Of a stretch of 64,000 nt of DNA, positions 56,101 to 64,000 are shown one piece after another. The translations under genes and the position numbers were made by a program. Origin of the DNA: an uncultured virus (IMG/VR IMGVR_UViG_3300000227_000004) (lineage: Duplodnaviria > Heunggongvirae > Uroviricota > Caudoviricetes); the IMG/VR virus record IMGVR_UViG_3300000227_000004, positions 1 to 64,000 of that record, one strand, 5' to 3'. The notes beneath the pieces are model-generated. The model did no database searches, was not told the DNA's origin, and saw only the letters and a list, made by a program, of their open reading frames with translations. The first letter of the stretch is position 1. The number at the start of each line of letters is the position of its first letter.

Positions 56101-56638
56101 ATATTAGCTCCTTTGATTGTCCACCCTCTAACGGATAGGATACTTCCACTGCCCCGTTGTCAAGCAGACTAACATCCAGCTCCGCGCCAGCTATTATTTT
56201 TATTTTTGGAGAAAAAGTAAGTTCATAAACGTTCTTTCCGTTCTTAGCCGCCCATAAATAGTCCACATCTAAGCCTACTTTTTCAGCAGTCGCCCCAGTG
56301 ATATGGGCGAGTTGCACCATTTTTGCAGTCCCTCCAGAAGTCACAATATGTATGTTACTCGGGGATGCTCTTATTATTGTCGACAAAACATACCTGATCA
56401 CACACAGAAACTCTTTGTTGCCGTAAAACGGGTTGTCTATTGGAATGGGTATGACCATTGAGCTCCTGGTAAGAGGGGCCGCTATCTTAGTTACATTTGA
56501 AAATGTCTTAGGGTAAAGTATTATCGAATGTGTGACATAGTATTTTTTAATATGCTGCACAAATGCAGAAAAGTAATCCTCTTTCTGCGTTGCTGTTTGC
56601 CCCGTGGGGAAGATCATTACAGATGAAGGTCTTTTCAT
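56078..56638 (-). CDS. Stand-alone CARF-fold-like protein
   Basis: Rossmann-like pattern VMIFPTGQT / SIILYP / IPIDNP / IHIVTSGGTAKM / VDYL matching the CARF signature (T/S)GG(T)K. Confidence 0.6.
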   Translation of the reverse strand: MKRPSSVMIFPTGQTATQKEDYFSAFVQHIKKYYVTHSIILYPKTFSNVTKIAAPLTRSSMVIPIPIDNPFYGNKEFLCVIRYVLSTIIRASPSNIHIVTSGGTAKMVQLAHITGATAEKVGLDVDYLWAAKNGKNVYELTFSPKIKIIAGAELDVSLLDNGAVEVSYPLEGGQSKELIYEKDTNK

Positions 56639-56640
56639 TG

Positions 56641-57222
56641 TTATTTACCAACTTTTCCAGGAACTACTTTCCCACCGAAGGCCACTGCGTTATGCAAGAA
56701 CAATATTTTTTGGCCCGGCTTAGGCGCAGGGGCAGAATGATAGTTCGGATGAATCTCTACCTTATTTTCACTCTCTGTAAAAACTATCATGAATGGTTCT
56801 TCAACGTAGTTTTCTATGAGAATTTTTCTCTCGTTAGCGTCTGCCTGCGCAGTAGCCACAGGCTTCGGAACTTCTCTCGATCTGACTGGAGGTGCTGGGT
56901 CTTGAGTGGGGGGTGGCGCCTTTGCATACAGCCCCACACTCGGTATAGAAGTATTCTTGCAGAATTTTGCAAAGGCGGCTTTGTCCATATCAATGGCAGC
57001 CAGTATTTTATCCAAGCTACTATCTGGGATATCTTCGAACATGCCCTCTAGAAAGGCCTTAAGTCTGAGGTCAGAAAGGTCAGCCACGTTGGCTAGGTCT
57101 TTCTGTGTAACGCTTTTACCGTCTTTTTTGTAGTTATTAACGAGTTTTTTAACTAGCTCACCGCGAGTTTTTATCTCTTTGGTGTTTCTTAGTATTAACC
57201 CTTCGTACCATTTTGCTGGCAT
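56641..57222 (-). CDS. XRE-like HTH DNA-binding protein
   Basis: VTQKDLANVADLS...FLEG....P....LDKILAAI. Confidence 0.65.
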   Translation of the reverse strand: MPAKWYEGLILRNTKEIKTRGELVKKLVNNYKKDGKSVTQKDLANVADLSDLRLKAFLEGMFEDIPDSSLDKILAAIDMDKAAFAKFCKNTSIPSVGLYAKAPPPTQDPAPPVRSREVPKPVATAQADANERKILIENYVEEPFMIVFTESENKVEIHPNYHSAPAPKPGQKILFLHNAVAFGGKVVPGKVGK

Positions 57223-58916
57223 AAAATGCTCTCCTTGGTCAGTTTTGTTGTTTCGAGATCAATGATTTTTGGCAAATCGGTCTGGATGTTCACGTCTCCT
57301 ATTATGTAATGACTCCTGACCGAGAATGTTTCGATTATAGTCTTCGTTCTTTTCTTGCTGCTTCTCTCCAAGCCGCGGATTTTGTTGTCAACAAAATCTA
57401 TGACAAAAGCTACCTGCTTCCCGTGCGCAGATCGCACCACCCTACCAGCACGCTGTATTATTGTAACAGAGCTTTCAAAAGGAGTTGGGAAAAGTATCGC
57501 GTCTAAATTGGGGATGTCAACGCCTTCATCCAAAGTTGTTGTTGCCAAAATCACTTTGTTTTCTTTTTTAATAGTATCTTCTAATATTTTTGCCCTAGCT
57601 GCGGCCTTAGTCTCTCCGATGATTGAGGCGTTTTTTATACCCATACTATCTAGGTTCATCTGCAACGCTTCAATTAGCCAAAGGTGATTTCCACAAACTA
57701 CTGCAGAAGTTAGACCTTTAGAGGCCAAGACACGCAGCACGTTTATTACTGCACTAAATCTGCCAGGTTCAGCTAGAAGTTCTTTGTAAAACTCCGAGTT
57801 ATGGAAAGAGAAATTATTTAACTTGTCCACTGAATCTGGGAATAAGTAGCCCTCGACATTTACTTTTAATAAAGATATTTCTGCTAAGTGCTGAGACACA
57901 CTAGATTTTCCCACCATCACTTTCCTTTCTGAGAAAAGACCTTCCAGCATTAATACTTGTCCATCAGTCCTGTTTGGGGTAGCGCTGCAGCCATATACAA
58001 CTGACGCACCAAGCGACGAAACTATGTTATAGTATGAGAACGTAGGAGCCACATGAGCCTCGTCCACTACGACCATTGACTGAGGACTCTTCATGTTTTC
58101 ATCCCCGAAACCGAGGTCTCGCAGCCCCTCTTTGTGCTTAGATTTTATCAGAGGCGGCGGGATTGGGAGGGATGCTACTTTTTGGCCTGTTATCAAATCT
58201 GGGACGGGCTTACTCAACACAATCGCTTCATTGTAATCTGTAGCGTTTGCTAAAGACTTAAACGAGGCAATCAGTACGTTGGAATCTTTGTCCCCGCAGG
58301 TCAATGTTCCACTTGCCAACGTGCTGGGAGCCTTCCCTGTAACAATCTTTAGCGCCTTCTCCCATTGCGGGATTAGCATTAATCTGTGACAAAGTATTAT
58401 TGTTGGAAATGAGAAGTGTTTTATGGCGCCTGACATAGTCATAGTTTTACCACTACCTGTCATGGCGACTAGCAATCCTCGCTTGTTTTGCACTAATGAG
58501 TTGACACTGGCCTGCTGGTACTCTCTAAGTATGTTTAGCTTTTGCGGAATTTTTTCAAATACTGACATAGTCTCCTGTGAGAGATCCTTGTATCTACCTG
58601 TGGAGTCATGCACATAAACTACTCGTGTCGATATAGATCTTAACACCTTCCGTAGCAGGCCCAACGGCACTCCAGTGTATCCCATAACTCCCGGGCAGTT
58701 ACTTACTGGAGTGGCGGCCATTAAGTATCTTGGTAAATAACTTGGCACTGTCCATCCCATAACTCTGCTCATTTTCTCTGCATGAACTAATCTGGGGTTT
58801 TTCTCCATTAACACCTGCCGGGCCATTGCAGCAAGCACGGGCTCGTCAGATTCATCTTGAGAAAGTACATCAAAGCTATTATAATATATATTAATCCTGA
58901 TCATTGGAGACTCCAT
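57195..58916 (-). CDS. Superfamily 2 helicase (UvsW/ResIII-like); start possibly 58904
   Basis: LREYQ, TGSGKT, VVDEAH, SATP, EGVDIP, QRAGR. Confidence 0.92.
   Translation of the reverse strand: MESPMIRINIYYNSFDVLSQDESDEPVLAAMARQVLMEKNPRLVHAEKMSRVMGWTVPSYLPRYLMAATPVSNCPGVMGYTGVPLGLLRKVLRSISTRVVYVHDSTGRYKDLSQETMSVFEKIPQKLNILREYQQASVNSLVQNKRGLLVAMTGSGKTMTMSGAIKHFSFPTIILCHRLMLIPQWEKALKIVTGKAPSTLASGTLTCGDKDSNVLIASFKSLANATDYNEAIVLSKPVPDLITGQKVASLPIPPPLIKSKHKEGLRDLGFGDENMKSPQSMVVVDEAHVAPTFSYYNIVSSLGASVVYGCSATPNRTDGQVLMLEGLFSERKVMVGKSSVSQHLAEISLLKVNVEGYLFPDSVDKLNNFSFHNSEFYKELLAEPGRFSAVINVLRVLASKGLTSAVVCGNHLWLIEALQMNLDSMGIKNASIIGETKAAARAKILEDTIKKENKVILATTTLDEGVDIPNLDAILFPTPFESSVTIIQRAGRVVRSAHGKQVAFVIDFVDNKIRGLERSSKKRTKTIIETFSVRSHYIIGDVNIQTDLPKIIDLETTKLTKESILCQQNGTKG
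58857..58885 (+). promoter_or_regulatory. Promoter TTGAGA-N17-TATAAT, antisense within the helicase 5' end
   Basis: Perfect -10 and 17-nt spacer, 31 nt upstream of ATG 58917. Confidence 0.6.
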
Positions 58917-59216
58917 ATGTTGTTAGAACTCATCAAAGCCGCTATCACCAAAGAAGCCGCTAGCAAACTTAATGCTATTACTAAGTCCATCCCGCTAAGC
59001 AATAGTCAGAGTAATAAAAAACTAGATAAAATATCGCCTCCTAAGCAACCAAAGGCCACTGCCCCGTCAAGCTTAAGTGGCATGGATCTCATGGCCCCTC
59101 CTACTAACCCACAGGGCAATATGAAAACTCCAGGAATGGCCTACGTAGACAACATGGTCTCGGCCCCAGCTCCAGCCTTAGTAACAGAACTTAAGGCAGT
59201 GAATGCCGGCAGTTAA
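58917..59216 (+). CDS. Small Pro-rich protein with K-x-A motifs, probable virion protein
   Basis: SD GGAG at 58906; MLLELIKAAITKEAAS; fills exactly the helicase-polymerase gap. Confidence 0.65.
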   Translation: MLLELIKAAITKEAASKLNAITKSIPLSNSQSNKKLDKISPPKQPKATAPSSLSGMDLMAPPTNPQGNMKTPGMAYVDNMVSAPAPALVTELKAVNAGS

Positions 59217-61819
59217 AAACTACTTAAGTATTTCTCAACCGACATAGTACTCCCCCAGTTATCTCCAACACTTATACCCACAGACATACTCAGGCATTCT
59301 GGGAAGCGATACTTAGTGTATAGTGGGATATCTTTTGTCATCCCAGCCTCTATGGCAGATATAGTCTGCAGAATATTATCTTTATTTTTTGGGCAGATCG
59401 CTAGGATTTCATCATGTATAAAGCCAATGATTTTTGCCTGAAAGGGCAACTCACGCATTCTCGCACTTGCGTATATGCCCCCCTGCTTGGTCATCTCGGC
59501 TGCCGATCCCTGTATAGGATGGTTTTGACTTCGTCTCAGGCACGACATCAGAGTTTTATAGTGCTCATACCCGTACTTTAGGCCCTCTATCGACAAGTCT
59601 TCTCTTACAAAGGGCTCACGACTGAAAAGACTATCTGCGCTATTTATTGGAATTGTAGGATCTAGTGGCGTGTAATACCGTCTACGGCCTAGGACATCTT
59701 CTGAGTATCCATTTTTAATTGCAAACGAATACTTCTCTCTGATCCAAGGTTTTATTCCTGGGAATGCAGAAAAATAATCCTGGAATATCTGCTTAGCAGA
59801 CTCCAAAGTAATCCCAGTTCTTTGAGCGAGAGTGGGCTCAGATCCACCGTAAACTAGCAAAAACGTTACAGCCTTTGCAATGTTTCTTAGCTTAGGGAAT
59901 TTTGCCTTAATTTCCCATATTGGCGTATCTCCAATTTGTGCAGCAAACACTTTACTGGTTACTAAATCATGAACTTCTATTCGTCTACAGTAGTCAGGTG
60001 TCCCAATGCTTGGGGTTATCTTTGGGCAGTGGTGTTTATCGTGAATTTTACTACACTTATAACACGGGTTATATGCCCTGAGAAGGTACTCATCAAGGCA
60101 GCTGGCTGCCAGTATAACTACTTCCTGCCCAGAATAGTCAACTGATATTATACAGTATCCGTCCGGGGGGATAATTGCTCGTCTTATCAAATCTGAAGCT
60201 TTTTTCGGCAAATTCTGGAGATTTGGGTTTGTACATGAGATTCTGCCGGTTTCAGCAACGGTCTGTAGAAAAGACGGGTGGACATTATTAGTGACTGGAT
60301 TCAGCCTTTCTATGAATGAAAGCGTGTAGGTGCTTTCTAGCTTTTTAAGCCCCCGCCGCTCAAGTATCTTTCCAAGTATTGGATCTCCAGTCTTTTCGGC
60401 GAGCTTCTCCAGTGCCTCTACGTCCACTGATGGGCTTCCTGATCCTGTTTTCTTCTCCGGAGTATAATTTTTGACAGTATACAGTTCGTTGCACAACTGG
60501 GCTGCTGAATCTACATTTATGCCGTTTAGCGCAGCTGACAATTCAACTCCCATTTCGTCCACTTGCTTTCTAAGCCGTAGATTCAATTCTGTCAAGTACT
60601 CCCGGTCAAGACCAAAACCAGTGAGTTCAGCTTCAGCCAATACTTTCAGAAATGGCATATCCACATCTTTGAGGAGATACTTAAAGTCTTTGTACAATGG
60701 CCACATTTGGGCCATCATTAGCAGCGCCTCATTGCAACAGTCCTTCACACAATAATTAGCTATCTTGTTTATGGGCACTGACGGAAGAGCTTTGAAGAAA
60801 GATTTCCCCTCTTTCCACTCCTCAATCATAGGAAAGCGATCGGCCACCGAACTCCCTAAGTTAAACCGACCACTCAGTCGGCAGTCTAGTATGTATTCAC
60901 CTATCATTGTGTCTAAAAGCAAATCTAATGATACTGAGAAATTAGTTTTAAAGAACTGGTACTCAAATTTAGCGTTATGTGCTACTATTTTTCGCTTCAC
61001 CAATATTTCATGCACAAATTCGTGGATTTTTGACTTAGGTAGTATCTTTGCGTAAGTTATGTCTTCGGTTGACTTAATGCCTTCTGAGGAGAATGATGCC
61101 TGGTAGTCTAGCTGCCCCCCGATAGGCTGCTTACACGGAATGTAAAAACCTTCAGATGCATCTACGCAAAGCCCGATACCTAGTATGTCACTAGTATATG
61201 GGTCTAGTCCAGACGTTTCTATATCTATAATTATGGGGTATGCTTTCTCTGTAATTTTTGAGACTAGCTTGGATAAAGTGGCGTCGTCATGCACTACATG
61301 CACTTTACAAGGCATCCCCTGTGCTGTTAGTACGTATTTCTCAATTATGTCTTTAATTATTTTTCCAATTTTTTCCAGATCAACGTCACTAGCTACCGCA
61401 CCGGACGCCAGCAAAGATTCATAGTCTCGTTTTATTAAATCTTCCAATAAATAGCCCTCTGTGGCATTTTTAGCGTATAGCACTGTTTCTTGGGCAAGAG
61501 CTGCGCTACCATTGGTTGAGAAGACAGTCATTGTGTGTGGTGCGCTCTTGGCGTTAATAAATCGGTTATATTTAAGTGCTGCGTTTAAATCGCTGATCTT
61601 TGGCTGAGATAAATGCCTGCTGTTAGGCACCAGCAGGTTAAATAGTCGAGATATGTCCGCCAAATTTTTTGGAAGGGAGGCGGAAACAAGCTGTATGACT
61701 CTGTCCAATCCTGCCGGATATGGCAGAAAGCCAAGCCCAGGAACAGACACGGTAGTGCGCGGCACCACCCCCACTTCTACCCGGTGTCTTGGCCTCTTAA
61801 TTATGTCTGACAATGTCAT
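59213..61819 (-). CDS. polA: Family A DNA polymerase with 3'-5' exonuclease
   Basis: DIETSGL, HNAKFE, YCVKD exo motifs; TGRISCTNPNLQN, DYSGQE, RNIAKAVTFLLVYG, NHPIQGSAA, IHDEI. Confidence 0.95.
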   Translation of the reverse strand: MTLSDIIKRPRHRVEVGVVPRTTVSVPGLGFLPYPAGLDRVIQLVSASLPKNLADISRLFNLLVPNSRHLSQPKISDLNAALKYNRFINAKSAPHTMTVFSTNGSAALAQETVLYAKNATEGYLLEDLIKRDYESLLASGAVASDVDLEKIGKIIKDIIEKYVLTAQGMPCKVHVVHDDATLSKLVSKITEKAYPIIIDIETSGLDPYTSDILGIGLCVDASEGFYIPCKQPIGGQLDYQASFSSEGIKSTEDITYAKILPKSKIHEFVHEILVKRKIVAHNAKFEYQFFKTNFSVSLDLLLDTMIGEYILDCRLSGRFNLGSSVADRFPMIEEWKEGKSFFKALPSVPINKIANYCVKDCCNEALLMMAQMWPLYKDFKYLLKDVDMPFLKVLAEAELTGFGLDREYLTELNLRLRKQVDEMGVELSAALNGINVDSAAQLCNELYTVKNYTPEKKTGSGSPSVDVEALEKLAEKTGDPILGKILERRGLKKLESTYTLSFIERLNPVTNNVHPSFLQTVAETGRISCTNPNLQNLPKKASDLIRRAIIPPDGYCIISVDYSGQEVVILAASCLDEYLLRAYNPCYKCSKIHDKHHCPKITPSIGTPDYCRRIEVHDLVTSKVFAAQIGDTPIWEIKAKFPKLRNIAKAVTFLLVYGGSEPTLAQRTGITLESAKQIFQDYFSAFPGIKPWIREKYSFAIKNGYSEDVLGRRRYYTPLDPTIPINSADSLFSREPFVREDLSIEGLKYGYEHYKTLMSCLRRSQNHPIQGSAAEMTKQGGIYASARMRELPFQAKIIGFIHDEILAICPKNKDNILQTISAIEAGMTKDIPLYTKYRFPECLSMSVGISVGDNWGSTMSVEKYLSSF

Positions 61820-64000
61820 ATTTTGTCACTCCTTTCCACAGACATCATAGCTGCGAGACTCTCTATTTCCCTAATCTGAGCTTTAGTTACAGATGCTGCC
61901 ATATCTATGAGACCATACGAAAGCTCTTTTATCTTGGGATATATCTTCTCCCGAATATCACGAACTATGTTTTCAAACATCAGGTAAAGCTCCGAGTATT
62001 TATTATGGGAAACAGATACGGCCCAGGCAATCTCCCCCCGAAGGACATTCACAGTGTGGGGAAGTCTCAAATGAGAGAGCCTATCATACCCTTTCGGAAA
62101 ATACTGCTTTATGTAGCTATCTGATGGGCAGATTAATCCAGTTGTGTCCATCCATTTAAGATACACTGCTGCATATTTTTTTAAATTATGAATCTTTGCC
62201 CTCAAGTTTCTTGACTTGCCCCTTGCCAGTCTAATCGTTACCCCAGGCTTGGGGCCATCATACTCAAGAAAAGTAATACCGAACACCTCACGCTTTTTCG
62301 TCCCTAGTATAAACTTAGTTTTTTCCGGAGAAATATGTAAATTTAGCTTACTAAATGCTTTCTTAATAACACTAATTATCTTTGACTTTACCTCGGTGTC
62401 AGGGGCTTGATCTAGTATTACTGTCCAGTCATCTACATAAACACGCACGTGCCCCCCTAGACTGGCCAGATCTTTTGATACTGAGTCAGCCAAATAAGTC
62501 GCCACATAGTTAGCCAACACCGGACTCGTTCTAGTGCCCTCCGGCAATCCATCTGTGTGGCTCGTCATCAAATCCAAAGTCAATTCATACCCAGTCAGTA
62601 TGCCGGCTTCTACCTCTTTCCAATAAGAAATATCGTTAGTAAAATCACAGAGCTCCGTCCTGTTACTTCTAAAGATATGTACCAGATCTGTAAGCGTTGA
62701 CAGTGGCAAATCAACCGAGTAATATCTGCTCCCCACTTCTAAGATTAGTTTACTTGCCGTAGTTCGGTGTGTGCATATTCTCACTTTTAAGTTGTCTGGG
62801 GCTGTGAGTAGGGAGAACCCAAGCCCCGGCTCCGATAAATAAAGATATTTATCTCCCGCATAGATATACTCAGTACCTGCTATTTCCACCGACTTCAGCA
62901 CTTCTAGTTGACCCTCCTCTGTAGTACTCAAGTAGGTCAATGTTACGTTTGCATTCGGAGTGCAGGTATCTGTCCTCTGCTTAGTATCTAAATAAATAAG
63001 CTTATCGGCATGTGAAAACTTAGATATATTTGGAACTATTGATATATGATAATATTTATCCGCTAGTAGCGCAGTGTAATCTTTACCTTTTATTGTGAAA
63101 GTGTGTGACCCGTTACTCGCATCCAGCACTGTGCATACGCTTCCATATGGGACTCTATGTGCTGATATTTTGGGCACGTCCGCACTTGCAATTTGCATCG
63201 GGTGAAAGTCACTTAGGTCATCTTTTGTAGGATCAGTGTCCAGCCTTATAATAAATCTTTGTCCAGGTGAGACTGGTGCCCCGGGGAGTGGGAAGTCAGC
63301 TGCGCAATCTTTCGGCAGAATTTTTGGGCAAGGGGAGATCAACAGCAGGCTTTTGTGCATACTCAAGACTATTGTGTTCATGTAGTTTGCAATATGTACT
63401 AAGTGTGCCTGAAGTGCTGCCTTTCCATCTTCTGTCCACCTCCCTATCTCTGGAACTAAGCTCGACACTTTATCCATTGAGAAGGCCCTGCTATTCATTA
63501 CTCCAAACTTAGATGAATGTAGCGTCTTTAGAAGAATGAGAAGAAATATTACTGGATTTACTTGCAAAGCCTGAGCTCTGCACAGCAAGGCCAGCTTGGA
63601 TAAGTATATGCTGATGTGTAGCAGGGCAGCCCCTACTTCTGACGTAGATGAATCTACTCCCAAGGATAATGATTCGTTCTTAAAGAGAGAAGAGCCCTCA
63701 CAATCTATTACCGGCACCGAGTAGTCACTCAATGAGTCAGGACTGAAGACTATTTCGTCAGGACTAACGTGTTGTAATATTGTGGGCTGTGGGGAAATGC
63801 GGGTCCGAAACTTATCGCTGGCCGTAAGGAGTGAGGAAAATAATATCAGTGCCTCTTTTTTAACAACGTAAGCCATGGACTTTATAACGGCAGGCCTTTT
63901 TGTTTCCCTAAAATAACTCTTAATATCAGTCTTAAAGACTGCCGCTTTTTTGTATGCCAGTCTCGGTATCTCTGTGACGTGCCGGCCGGCAACACCTCCG
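61816..64000 (-). CDS. Retron-like reverse transcriptase with a large internal insertion; 5'-truncated by the window edge
   Basis: Frame is open from 63999 (GGVAGRH...VFKTDIKSYF, D at 63927-63925) into ORF 61816..63876; GLPEGTRTSPVLAN (from 62550), YVDD (62439-62428), LHISPEKT, REVFGI. Confidence 0.85.
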   Translation of the reverse strand, partial: GGVAGRHVTEIPRLAYKKAAVFKTDIKSYFRETKRPAVIKSMAYVVKKEALILFSSLLTASDKFRTRISPQPTILQHVSPDEIVFSPDSLSDYSVPVIDCEGSSLFKNESLSLGVDSSTSEVGAALLHISIYLSKLALLCRAQALQVNPVIFLLILLKTLHSSKFGVMNSRAFSMDKVSSLVPEIGRWTEDGKAALQAHLVHIANYMNTIVLSMHKSLLLISPCPKILPKDCAADFPLPGAPVSPGQRFIIRLDTDPTKDDLSDFHPMQIASADVPKISAHRVPYGSVCTVLDASNGSHTFTIKGKDYTALLADKYYHISIVPNISKFSHADKLIYLDTKQRTDTCTPNANVTLTYLSTTEEGQLEVLKSVEIAGTEYIYAGDKYLYLSEPGLGFSLLTAPDNLKVRICTHRTTASKLILEVGSRYYSVDLPLSTLTDLVHIFRSNRTELCDFTNDISYWKEVEAGILTGYELTLDLMTSHTDGLPEGTRTSPVLANYVATYLADSVSKDLASLGGHVRVYVDDWTVILDQAPDTEVKSKIISVIKKAFSKLNLHISPEKTKFILGTKKREVFGITFLEYDGPKPGVTIRLARGKSRNLRAKIHNLKKYAAVYLKWMDTTGLICPSDSYIKQYFPKGYDRLSHLRLPHTVNVLRGEIAWAVSVSHNKYSELYLMFENIVRDIREKIYPKIKELSYGLIDMAASVTKAQIREIESLAAMMSVERSDKI

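Noticed and set aside
5565..63512. Numerous short antisense or overlapping ORFs in the ORF track
   Set aside because: They lie opposite well-supported long genes, lack SD sites and have shadow-ORF composition.
62600..63860. Intein or intron as explanation of the RT insertion
   Set aside because: No C-terminal His-Asn followed by Cys/Ser/Thr, no LAGLIDADG blocks, and the frame is continuous.

Overview
The whole window is a segment of a large contractile-tailed (myovirus-type) bacteriophage genome, standard genetic code, with no host housekeeping context, tRNAs or CRISPR array visible. It has two opposed blocks. A mostly plus-strand late/structural block (about 2.6-41.9 kb) carries a single-polypeptide fused beta-beta' multisubunit RNA polymerase (about 2030 aa), a LigD-phosphoesterase/ATP-dependent ligase fusion, a sigma70-family factor, spike, terminase, prohead protease, major capsid, neck, fibre/receptor-binding proteins, tail sheath and tube, and many Gly-rich proteins carrying a recurrent K-x-A motif. 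Several genes in this block are preceded by a conserved TTGACT-N17-TAT promoter. A minus-strand early/replication block (42.0-64 kb, plus 1-2.6 kb) carries dNMP kinase, a MoxR-like AAA/vWA pair, a 1940-aa protein with a degenerate GHKL-like N-terminus, a stand-alone CARF-like protein, an XRE HTH, an SF2 helicase and a family A DNA polymerase. The most unusual element is at the right edge: a retron-like reverse transcriptase whose reading frame runs off the window. Its first catalytic motif (DIKSYF) lies upstream of the ORF-track start and about 460 aa from the GLPEG/YVDD core, implying an insertion of about 400 aa. Its stop codon overlaps the DNA polymerase start (ATGA). All product calls are from motif recognition by eye; no database searches were run.
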